Below, piece after piece: positions 19,799 through 29,900 of a stretch of 39,870 nt of DNA. The notes beneath the pieces were generated by a model. The model searched no databases. It was given only the letters and a program-made list of their open reading frames with translations, and was not told where the DNA came from. Location of the stretch: positions 1 through 39,870 of the IMG/VR virus record IMGVR_UViG_3300014656_000056, one strand, 5' to 3'. A program made the translations under genes and the position numbers. Within the stretch, counting starts at the first letter, position 1, and each line of letters begins with the position of its first letter. The stretch is from a virus (Duplodnaviria; Caudoviricetes).

Positions 19799-22700
19799 AT
19801 GAATCGAGATAATACGTTTCTGCACTACGGCGCGTTAGACAAAACAGTCAATTGGAATTATCGTCTTAAGGATCGCTCCCAGATGGGAATGTTCATGGGC
19901 GGATTCCTAACCACGGTAGCAGCTGAGCTTAGAGTGCTGGTAGGTGGGGATGTTGGCGCGGTCAGCGCAGATGGTATGGTCGTACTAGACAATAGTACGT
20001 CAACCACTTCCTTGACTGTTACGGCAGGTACAACGCAATGGGTGGTGCTGTACGTTAAGTATCATGTAAATGCTGACCCGACTGTCGAATACGCTGTTTT
20101 TTCTGATGTTGTATACCAAGCACACGTAGACAAAGCGTTCATGATCGTACTGGCCAAGATCACTCTTGGTGGTGGTGCGGTAGATGTACAACCGGCCGAT
20201 ATAGACTACACTGTTCGTCACGACATCGATACAATCGGGCGGTCTCAATTTCGCGGCTGCGTAGCCAACACAGGATCATTACCGATTCCTACTCCAACAA
20301 CAAACAGAGATGCTGATATCTATTTTGTTGTTGCCGAAGAGGTTTTTTACTATTGGGATGGCACTGTGTGGCTGCCAACTAATACGTTATCCTCCGCAGC
20401 ACACATAGCGGAGGCGGTATTTCAATTCGGTCAAATTCAAGCAGAGAGGTCATTAGAGTCGTCCGGTCTGATAACGGATATATACGTGCAGGTAACCGCT
20501 CCTACGGAAGACGGAACCTTTGAGGGCAGAAATCACATCGTACAGCAACCAGCGATAGTTGACCAGGTAGATATTGCTAACGTATCCGCGTACATGCATG
20601 GACACTTTATTCATGTACCGTATGTGCAACTTACGTTGGCTGCGCAGCCAGCTCCTGCCGCTCCCGATAGATATGATGGAATTTGGATTGAAGCCTACAG
20701 AATAGAAGTAGCAGACCCTACGGCTTACACTTTTGCGGTAGCGAACGGCGCGGCCCTAACGTTTGCACAGATGCGCGAGTTGTTCGAACAGTTCGATAAT
20801 CACGCTCTGTTTTCAGCAAATTCTGTGTACATATCATCTATTGAATACATCGAAGACAAAAAGTATCTGGCTACTGTCTACGTGATAAACACGCAAAGTA
20901 GCGTTGGTATCGCGTCTGTGTATGATCAAGGCGCAACGATGATGGGCGCCGTTACTAATGTGGATGGGAATGCTTTTGCACAAACTAGCGCAAAGGCCGC
21001 GCCTTACCCAGGCGACACAAACATTTGGTACTCTGCTAGTGCCACTGCGTATGACGGTATTAGTTGGGGATTGCCTCTATACGTTATTCGGCGAACGGCA
21101 AACGAAGATTTCACGATCGCAAACGCAATCAAATGGTTCCGCGCAGATGACGGTATGCAACAGATATTCGAGGTGTATCCACGAGTACACTCCGACATAG
21201 CAAAATACCATTCCAGGGCTAGTGAGCGTTCTCACACCATCGACACAGCTTCAGATGTGTATGGTGGAACAAACGTTGCCTGGGCGGAGCAGTATCGCAC
21301 CGCGTCAGGCGTGCTACGTGGTATAAACGAACCTATAGTAGGAAAAGACGAAAGCGCTGTCAGCCCCGTTGCTGCTAACTCCATTCGTATTCCGGAGATG
21401 AGTGTAGCAATTCGCGGGCGTATTTTTGAGATTCCCGAAACAGACCTTAGTTTAGGCGTCGCCCCCGGCGCTGGGGCGGAACGGTCATTGGTAACTTTGG
21501 CTGCTGAGTTTGTCAAATATCCAGCTGCTGGGCATCTGTATGATGGGACCAGTGCTCCACGTGCTTGGTCCGTAACGGACGCTGAGGGGAATCTGTACTA
21601 CGCAGCGTTGCGCTATGTAGTGGATACATTTGATGTAGCGGCGGATGATGTAATTGACGTGTACGAGGCGGTTGACGCGCTCACGGATATCGATTGGGTT
21701 ACGGATATCGACCCAACTAAGCAATCCAACGCTGACGTCGGTCTATTACGCAAACCCACCAGCACCAATCCGGCAGTGTATGACACGTTGCTCCAGGTCC
21801 CGCTGGGTGACTCGTTCTACATTCCCATTTGTTTTGTGCATCGGCTGAATCAGGCCGCGTGGCATGTTACAACTAATCACAATGGTGGTTCCGGCAGACC
21901 AGATAGTTACGTGCACGATGTGATAGAAAAAGACTATATCCTCGATAGTAGACGCCTGGTGTGTCAAAACGAAGAAGACGTGCAAATGGTCGTGGAACAG
22001 TCCATGGAACGGCTGATGCAAGGGCGTCTGCGTACACAGATGGTACGCCATCCAGTACAGGACCCAGTTGCGGGTGTGCTACACACATACAACGATTGGA
22101 TAGCTGACGGGACGGCTGTGCCCGGTACCGCGTATGTCGAGCGTCCGGGAATCGTCGATGGGGTACGCTCTATCTGGTCGGAGGCCGAAGAATTGATGGT
22201 GCTGGCCACAACGTTTACTTTGACGTTCGTTGGGCCAAACTACGTTTACGCGTGCCCAGAGTTGAGCTACCTAGGCGCTCCGATAATATACATGGCGTGG
22301 GATGGCAATGTGTTAAACGACGCCATTCTGTCTATCACGGCACCAGTCAACTGTCACCTGGTATTGGACCCGATTACTGATGAGCCTGTATGGGTGAACA
22401 ATTCGTTCTTCGGAACAAAGGCTACGGCAGACATTGAATACCTTGAAGATCTGCTGCCATTTCTAACGGCGGGGTGGACCGCTGGTGGTCCGGACTCACG
22501 AGGCAATCGTAGGGCAGTACAGACCACGTTCGACAACCAGATTGTCACCAAAGCCACGTACACGTACAACCTGGCCTTTCTGGTTAAATACCCGCGAGGC
22601 TACACTGGTGACGCTGATAGTTACGACAACAATCGTGGTACATTCGGTAACCAGGACAAGCTCATATCCGTTAATAGTACGAATTTATTCGGCGATGTTG

Positions 22701-24475
22701 GGGTAACTCCACGCATTGCTGAAATTTCAAAGGTCGTACTCGGCTCTCCGACTGCGGTTAGTGCTGCCGAGATAACAGCGGCTGCCGGAATAGCTTCGGA
22801 TTTCATGGGTATCCCTATCGGTGTAGATTCTATTCCGGATGTTAGAGGCGAGCCGCTTGACACGTCGGTAAAATATCCACGTATCAACAAAACTGGATCC
22901 ACACGAGCATCCTACACACCCACTGTTAGTAAGACCATCGCTACTGGAGACCTATCAGTAACGCACCCTGCCGGAGCATCAACATTCGAACTTGTGTTCC
23001 CCTACACACCCGTAGCAGCGTTAGGTCCCTACACCGATGTATGGGCGGAGCTAGGACGCGCGTCGAAAGCCTTTCAGGGGTATTTTGGATGGGCAAAATG
23101 CGTAGTCACTCTACCAGCAGCTTGGGTATCTGGAAACGAAGTTTACTTGGATATGTCACGATTCGTTACCAATCACAACATAGACCTTAGTCACGCGTTT
23201 TTCAGGCGCGGATTGTACGGTGCCGACGTTTATTTGTGGTACGATGACCCAGCTACTCCCGGAGATCGCCTCTTGGCCAATTCGACACAGGTACAAATAG
23301 ATTGGGATTTCCCTTGGGCGCCCGGACCACCGGAGTTGCCGGTTAACTACGGCACGATTATGCCCCTGGTTATCACAGAGGGTACCATGGTTCCTGGAAC
23401 GACGCAAATAGAGGTATGGGCGATCGTTTGTATACCACCAGAAAGTACTGAAAACATAGCGATAACGTATCAAGGTACGCCGTATCAGGGGTCGTCCAAT
23501 ACAGGCGCCTTGCTGGCTAATACCGCAGCCACTGAGGAGCATTTCTTTGGGCAGGTACGTGCCGTCTCTGATATGTACGTAACCTCTCAAGGGTCGGGCG
23601 TTCAACGACATGGATCCTACATAACTGTTGGCGCACATTTTATAGATACGCACCAATACGTAGGGCAATACAAAGGTATAAATCCAGCTTTGACGTACAT
23701 GCCTCGACTCGGATCGGCTAGTTTCAGAGATTTTGACATGTATGACGAAGGTGCTGTTTTTTGGCATACGCCGCAAATAGATCCAATATCGGTTGACGAT
23801 GCAATAGACCCATGGGACATCAAAGGTCAAACGTTGGTGTGGACAAATCTAAGCGAGGTAGGAGTTACTACTACGCGTTTCAAGCTGGACGGTTACAGGT
23901 ACAGTTCGACGGATGATGTATTTAGATCCCATGCTGACATTTTAAAGGCGGGTTTGGTACTGACAAAACCTGATATGTATGCGCTGGACACGTGGTCTAG
24001 TTTTGGGTGGATCAACGGGGATCCCACCATCGGTATTTATCAGGGTAAGTTTTTTGCGCACAACGTGTTGGTATCAGGTACACCCGCAGGGCGAAGAGTG
24101 CGCGATATAGCCGTTCCCATCCCACAGTACCTGGGTCACATGGTGAATTGGTTGAACCTAACTGGTTTGCATTCTATCAACAATGCCACGGATAATCTGT
24201 ACGGGTTTGACGGTGAGACCCGGGTGCGTCATGTGAGCGCCTCTCCGCATCAAACTACGTTGGTATCCACACCAGGTATTACACTAGTCGGGTATGTTGT
24301 AAAGACCAATGAGAGTGCCGCGTCTCCTCGGATAACGGAGAAGGGTAATTTGATGTTGGTCGTATTTTCTGATTTCGATAACACATCTGCAAGGGTTGGA
24401 TCCGCGTTTGACGTATTCTATCCATTGTACAACCCTGTGTTACCACTATACCCAGAAACGGGCCCATCGTATTAA
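19799..24475 (+). CDS. Large virion protein, tail-fibre/baseplate-like (paralog B)
   Basis: 1558 aa, collinear with paralog A end to end (GAVSxDGMVV, QQIFEVYPR, DLSHAFFRRG, YQGTPY, PLYxPVLP). Confidence 0.65.
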   Translation: MNRDNTFLHYGALDKTVNWNYRLKDRSQMGMFMGGFLTTVAAELRVLVGGDVGAVSADGMVVLDNSTSTTSLTVTAGTTQWVVLYVKYHVNADPTVEYAVFSDVVYQAHVDKAFMIVLAKITLGGGAVDVQPADIDYTVRHDIDTIGRSQFRGCVANTGSLPIPTPTTNRDADIYFVVAEEVFYYWDGTVWLPTNTLSSAAHIAEAVFQFGQIQAERSLESSGLITDIYVQVTAPTEDGTFEGRNHIVQQPAIVDQVDIANVSAYMHGHFIHVPYVQLTLAAQPAPAAPDRYDGIWIEAYRIEVADPTAYTFAVANGAALTFAQMRELFEQFDNHALFSANSVYISSIEYIEDKKYLATVYVINTQSSVGIASVYDQGATMMGAVTNVDGNAFAQTSAKAAPYPGDTNIWYSASATAYDGISWGLPLYVIRRTANEDFTIANAIKWFRADDGMQQIFEVYPRVHSDIAKYHSRASERSHTIDTASDVYGGTNVAWAEQYRTASGVLRGINEPIVGKDESAVSPVAANSIRIPEMSVAIRGRIFEIPETDLSLGVAPGAGAERSLVTLAAEFVKYPAAGHLYDGTSAPRAWSVTDAEGNLYYAALRYVVDTFDVAADDVIDVYEAVDALTDIDWVTDIDPTKQSNADVGLLRKPTSTNPAVYDTLLQVPLGDSFYIPICFVHRLNQAAWHVTTNHNGGSGRPDSYVHDVIEKDYILDSRRLVCQNEEDVQMVVEQSMERLMQGRLRTQMVRHPVQDPVAGVLHTYNDWIADGTAVPGTAYVERPGIVDGVRSIWSEAEELMVLATTFTLTFVGPNYVYACPELSYLGAPIIYMAWDGNVLNDAILSITAPVNCHLVLDPITDEPVWVNNSFFGTKATADIEYLEDLLPFLTAGWTAGGPDSRGNRRAVQTTFDNQIVTKATYTYNLAFLVKYPRGYTGDADSYDNNRGTFGNQDKLISVNSTNLFGDVGVTPRIAEISKVVLGSPTAVSAAEITAAAGIASDFMGIPIGVDSIPDVRGEPLDTSVKYPRINKTGSTRASYTPTVSKTIATGDLSVTHPAGASTFELVFPYTPVAALGPYTDVWAELGRASKAFQGYFGWAKCVVTLPAAWVSGNEVYLDMSRFVTNHNIDLSHAFFRRGLYGADVYLWYDDPATPGDRLLANSTQVQIDWDFPWAPGPPELPVNYGTIMPLVITEGTMVPGTTQIEVWAIVCIPPESTENIAITYQGTPYQGSSNTGALLANTAATEEHFFGQVRAVSDMYVTSQGSGVQRHGSYITVGAHFIDTHQYVGQYKGINPALTYMPRLGSASFRDFDMYDEGAVFWHTPQIDPISVDDAIDPWDIKGQTLVWTNLSEVGVTTTRFKLDGYRYSSTDDVFRSHADILKAGLVLTKPDMYALDTWSSFGWINGDPTIGIYQGKFFAHNVLVSGTPAGRRVRDIAVPIPQYLGHMVNWLNLTGLHSINNATDNLYGFDGETRVRHVSASPHQTTLVSTPGITLVGYVVKTNESAASPRITEKGNLMLVVFSDFDNTSARVGSAFDVFYPLYNPVLPLYPETGPSY

Positions 24476-24484
24476 GAGGAACCA

Positions 24485-25468
24485 ATGGCTGATTTTTATA
24501 GATTGAACGTAGCAGTAAGCTCGCACCAGGGTATTTTGGACGCAATCGAGGCGTTCGTTATATCGGCGGCTCCAGGTCCAGCGTGGACAGCTGCCGCTAT
24601 GGGGCCTGGGGAGGCTTTCTTCGAAACATCCGGAGTTACCAAGTGCTACCCATACCTGTGGACTACAGGCGCTAATCGCATGGTGCATGCTGGGCTGACT
24701 ACTTGTAGTGCGGCTACGTCTGGGTTCGCTGGCGCGACGGTAACTACTGCTACGCTAAACGCCGCCGAAGACGAGGGCTACTACGGCATGGGGCTGTGGT
24801 ACAATGCCAGTGGGACGAAGGTTACCGGCAACAAAGCTGTGATGCACTTCTTCGGCAACGAAGACCGTGTAATAATCCTCCTCAGAAACGAGTTTGGCGG
24901 TGCACACCAGATGCTGTATTTGGGTCTGTACACCCCGCATTGCGCAGCCTTGGATGATACATGTCCGCAGATAGTAGTTGGTAATTCTCCTGCAATGATA
25001 TATATGACGGAGCTAACATCATCGTCAGCGGCACAGTACAGCGTGCCTATCTACAACACATCTACTCCGGAAGAGCACTGGATGTCGTTTCCATTTGGTG
25101 TACTAAAAAGTTCTCCGCTAACGATGAGTACGCAGCCGGAACGTAGGTATTATGTGAAACAGCGGTTCGCGAATTTACGTCCCGAAGATGCGTTTTGTGC
25201 ATCGCCGGACGTAACGGCGAATATACCGCTCAACAATAGAGCCGCACCCACAGAGCTATTTTTCTATCAACAGTATCTGATGTTTGCCGAGAATGGTCGT
25301 GGAGAGGGGGCTACGCTGGATGGCATCTTCCGCTCAAGTGACGATCAAGCACTGGAAAGTACTATAACTGTAGGAGCGGACGACTACTTCATTTGGCCTA
25401 CGTCACTCCAGCCATCTGCGCGGCCGCGTGTGTTCGCTATTGGACCAATGGGTACAATCGTTCCATAA
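24485..25468 (+). CDS. Probable tail-associated structural protein
   Basis: GAGGA RBS. Follows the fibre-like genes. C-terminal LDGIF...ESTITVGADDY pattern resembles phage tail-associated proteins. Confidence 0.55.
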   Translation: MADFYRLNVAVSSHQGILDAIEAFVISAAPGPAWTAAAMGPGEAFFETSGVTKCYPYLWTTGANRMVHAGLTTCSAATSGFAGATVTTATLNAAEDEGYYGMGLWYNASGTKVTGNKAVMHFFGNEDRVIILLRNEFGGAHQMLYLGLYTPHCAALDDTCPQIVVGNSPAMIYMTELTSSSAAQYSVPIYNTSTPEEHWMSFPFGVLKSSPLTMSTQPERRYYVKQRFANLRPEDAFCASPDVTANIPLNNRAAPTELFFYQQYLMFAENGRGEGATLDGIFRSSDDQALESTITVGADDYFIWPTSLQPSARPRVFAIGPMGTIVP

Positions 25469-25481
25469 GGTGAGGGTAATT

Positions 25482-26501
25482 ATGTCAACTAAACTATGGC
25501 TAAAAGAGATCACTGCTGTAACCGACGCAGAAATAGTGATATCAGAAATTCTACACGATGTCGAAAGCAACATAATTCGGATGGTGCGGCAGGTGCGCAA
25601 GCATATTTCCGAAATGGATAAAAAGGAAATGCGCGAGCTACTCGTAGCCGCCAACAGCGCCAAGAAACACGGTACTGGTACACGCAAGTTAGCTGCCAAG
25701 ATCATGGTTGCCACGATAGATGGCGTCTTGCGCAAGAGCGGGGATAACCCCGATGAGAGCACCAATAACGACGAATCTACGGATGATACCGACAAGGATG
25801 AGAAGGATCAAAGCAAAGATACATCGGAAGATGAAGACCGCGCGGAGGACACTGAAGACGTGTCCGATTCCGAAGATGCGGAAGAAGGCGAGGACACCGA
25901 GGACACCGATTCGGAATCCGATGATAGGGATAAGTCTGAGGACGATGATACTGATTCGATGAGCGACACTGAGGATGACACGTCAGATGACGGAGACGAC
26001 TCCGATAATGAGTCCAAGGATGATGGAGACACTTCTGAAGACGAAGATGGGGGTACGTCGGACGATGAAACCTCCGAGGATGAGGATGAGGAAGAGGAAG
26101 ACGAGGAGGAAGACGAGGAGCCCGATCCTGAGTTGACTGACGAAGAAATAGAAATGTTCAAAGGCATTAACATAGATGAGGACATTCTACAGGCGAAGGG
26201 TATAACCAACCTGTTAGCCAAGGCTGGCCTAGATGGGACCTACATATTCCCTAACGCAGCGGTAGCAATGGGCGCGTTGAAAGAGGTTATCGGGACATAC
26301 CTCCGCTACGAGATAGTAGCTGGCGCTGACGATCCGTTTCCCGGACCGTTCGGGCACGAAATGGTGAAACTTTCGAGCAGTATGGGTTTGGCCTATGCCT
26401 GGAAGTGGTGTGAACTTACGGATACCGCGTACACAGGAAGCGGCATAATGGTTCACGCTAGTGTGAGCAATCTCGTACCAAACGTAGCTACAAAGATATG
26501 A
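25482..26501 (+). CDS. Highly acidic protein
   Basis: ATG 25482 after GAGG. About 135-aa D/E/S/T tract between two compact regions. VHASV near the C-terminus. Confidence 0.7.
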   Translation: MSTKLWLKEITAVTDAEIVISEILHDVESNIIRMVRQVRKHISEMDKKEMRELLVAANSAKKHGTGTRKLAAKIMVATIDGVLRKSGDNPDESTNNDESTDDTDKDEKDQSKDTSEDEDRAEDTEDVSDSEDAEEGEDTEDTDSESDDRDKSEDDDTDSMSDTEDDTSDDGDDSDNESKDDGDTSEDEDGGTSDDETSEDEDEEEEDEEEDEEPDPELTDEEIEMFKGINIDEDILQAKGITNLLAKAGLDGTYIFPNAAVAMGALKEVIGTYLRYEIVAGADDPFPGPFGHEMVKLSSSMGLAYAWKWCELTDTAYTGSGIMVHASVSNLVPNVATKI

Positions 26502-26507
26502 GGTAAC

Positions 26508-26927
26508 ATGCTTACCGTCGTCAAATTCTTTAGAAACCTGCGGAACAGTAATAGAAATCCGTTGATATCCAGGACGCTGCTCAAGATCGCGCATATAAAT
26601 CGGGATTGGGATGGAGAGCAGCCGCTGGATAACGAGATTTGGTTGGTGAAAATAGTAGCAGAAACGCATCACGGGAAACCACAAGGCTGCTTCATTGTAG
26701 ACCCGATTGATAAAGTCAACATTCAAGAGGATTTGTTGCATTTACCTCCTACTCTGTTTTCGATGAAAAAAGTACATGACACTCCTAACGGTCAGTGCAT
26801 TCTACTGGTCACTCCCGCCAAACCCGACAGTCTGTGGATACTGCCTAAAAGTCATAAAAGGATTCTAGCGAAAAACAATGGCGCGTACGCCGTGGTAGTT
26901 GATCACGGCGGGGCCGTCTGGTTTTAA
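26508..26927 (+). CDS. Hypothetical protein
   Basis: GAGG RBS, 139 aa. Confidence 0.65.
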   Translation: MLTVVKFFRNLRNSNRNPLISRTLLKIAHINRDWDGEQPLDNEIWLVKIVAETHHGKPQGCFIVDPIDKVNIQEDLLHLPPTLFSMKKVHDTPNGQCILLVTPAKPDSLWILPKSHKRILAKNNGAYAVVVDHGGAVWF

Positions 26928-26948
26928 GTACATAACAAGGTATAGTTA

Positions 26949-29900
26949 ATGGGAAAAGCAGCCATTGTGGCGGATAAGTCTTCGCGCGTCCTACGTCGTG
27001 AGCCAATAGATTCCGACCTGTGCAATATGTGTGGACTGTGTAACACTGTGCAGACCCACTATGTGCCTACCGAGCATGGGCGCAAGAGGCCGCGTGTGCT
27101 TATCGTAGGAGAAGCGCCCGGACAGAGCGAGGACGAAGAAGGTAAGCCGTTTGTCGGGGACGCCGGAAAACTACTACGTAAGGCGGTTGAGCGCGCGTAT
27201 GGTGGTGAGGACTACGTAGCCTACGCAAGTATAGTACGTTGCCGCCCTACCAACGATGACGGCGCTAACCGTAAGCCAATGGCAACGGAGGCTCGCCGTT
27301 GCGTACGTTATCTGCACAAAGACATACAACGCTTGCAGCCAAAAGTAATCGTGGCGCTCGGCGCAACGGCGTTACTGTATCTAACCGGCAAAAGTGGTGG
27401 CATTTTTAAAAACCGTGGCTCGCGTACCAACATCTTCGTCGGAGGCCAAAAGTACGTAGTTGTCTCCGCGCTCCACCCAGCCTACGTAGCTAACACGCAC
27501 GCGGCGTTTAATCTTCTGGTGTCCGACCTTAGAAAAGCGCATTGGGGTGACCCGCACGAAGGGGAAACTGTAGAGCTGTTGACCACGTTGAAAGACGTGC
27601 GCCGCATGGTACGCCATTACTTATCTGAGGAGTGCAACGTCGGGTTAGGTTTCGACATAGAAACCTATAATCTGAACAAACGGCATGGCAATCCCGTAAT
27701 CACTTTGCAGTTTTGCAACGGCAAACAAAGCTACGTCATTGCGCTGAATCATCCGGAGAGCCCGTTTGATACAGAGGTAAAGCGCAGAAAAGTAATCAAT
27801 CTGATTCGTCCGCTGTTCGAAACAAAAGATCCCGCGTTCAAGTTCATGCTAGGGCACAATATGCAGTTTGACTACCAAGGCGTTATGCGCCTTGGAATAA
27901 AAGTCAATGTGCCGATGGTATGCACTATCCTAACCATGCACATGATAGACGACAATAGAAAAAGTAGAAACGTATCGAACTCGATGCGGCCCTACTCGTT
28001 GGCCGTCTTAGCAGAAGAAATACTGGGTAGAAATAAATACCTGGACGCAGGTATAATAGGAAAGGTCAACGACCTCGTCAACCAGCCTTTGGATATGGTT
28101 ACCAAGTACGGCGGTAACGACGCTTTACTGACACGCGAACTGTTCTTGGAACAAGTGCGCATGGCGGAAAGGCAAAAATACAAAAAGAAATTCATGGGGC
28201 TGGTAAAGCACCTTGTACCACGTACAGTAACTGTGCTAGCTACTATGGAATACAGCGGGTTTCCGATTGATATGGAAGCCCTCGGTACCATGCACGATCC
28301 AAAGACATCGGCGATTCAAAAACGAATAGCTGAGATAACGGATACATTAAAAACGCTGGACACCGTACAACAGGCAAACAAGAAACTGGTAAAGCTCGAA
28401 ACTGGTGGTATGACTGGTCTGTTTTACACGCCGTACATATTCGATATCAACAAACGTTCTCACGCGGGTATGTTGTTTTTTGATTCGCTTAAACTAGCTC
28501 CTGTAGCAGATACGAAAAAGAAAGATGACTCCATTATGGAGTTCAATCCAGGTGATGGAAAGATACCTACAGTAGCTAAAGTATTTCAAGCGCATTACGA
28601 ACGAGAAACGTGGAGGCCTCCGGTCGATGTACCAAGTACTAAACGCTATGATGTAGAGGTGCAGATACCCGGTAAAGAAGGGATCTATTATAAGTACCCC
28701 GAAATTGGATTGTTTTCTGAATTCAAGGGGCTGATGCAATGCCAACGTACGTTTGTAAATGGTATCTGGAACTGCACGCATCCGGATTCTCCTCAATTCA
28801 GTCCCGATCACGTCGACGGTAGGGTGCGTGCTTCATTCACCGGGTACAACACAGTTACTGGCCGTACCAGCAGTAAGGATCCAGTAAACAACCAAAACAT
28901 TCCTCGTGGCGACTCCCCAGTAAAGAAATCAATCAAAAATCTATTCACTGCGCTTCCCAATTGCTGGCTGGTGAACGTTGACTTTGCCACTGCAGAGGTT
29001 CGCTGGTTAGCTATTATGGCTAAGGACGTGCGGTTATGTGAAGCGTTTTGGGCAGGCCACAAAGCACACAAAGCTTATCTGAAAGACCCCACCAACGCAG
29101 AGCTGCGAAAGATGGCAGCTATCGCTGGCGACATCCACATGCAGACCGCCTCACTTTTTCATCAAAAAGAAGTGTGGGATGTTACAAAGGCGGAACGACA
29201 AGACACCAAAACTATTGTATTTGGTTTAATCTACGGGCGCGGAGCGCGAGCCATTGCGCAGCAACTAGGCATAGAGGTAGATGAAGCCGAAGAGCTGATC
29301 GCACGTTTCTCCTCCCTGTACCCGGAGGCTTGGGAGTGCATAGCGTTCCTGGAAAGGAAAGCGCGCCGTTGCGGTTTTGTTGATTCCCCCATTGGTAGGC
29401 GCAGACGGCTGGATTGGTACTACGAAGACCCCCATGCGCGCGGACGTATGAAAGAGGGCGATAGGCGCGCTAGAAACAGCCCCATTCAGGCGATCGCGTC
29501 CGATGCAAACAACCTGGCGATAGCTGAAATCATAAATTTCGTGACTGAAAAGAAATTGAAGTGGACTTTTCACAATATCGTGCACGATTCGTTGATCATG
29601 TCGATTCCCAAGTCGTACGATTTGTACAAGAGCCTACGCCAGATAGAATGGTTCTATTCACATCGACTGAAGAAGATACTTACCGAGGACTTCAAGGTGG
29701 TTCTAAACGCGCCGCTAGCGGTTGACTTTGATATCGGACTACGTTGGGGTGACCTGAAGGGCTGGGACGGCACAGAAGAACACCTAGGTGCGGTAACTGG
29801 CGCGGCTGAGATACTCGGCGAAGCCTACGAAACGCGCCGGGCAGTCGACGTCAAAAGCTTACAAAAACATATCGCGGCAGGTATCGATTCGTTGATAGCG

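Noticed and set aside
15137-24475. Diversity-generating retroelement or invertible tail-fibre cassette
   Set aside because: No reverse transcriptase or recombinase in the window, both genes are co-oriented, and I saw no near-identical template/variable repeat differing only at adenines.
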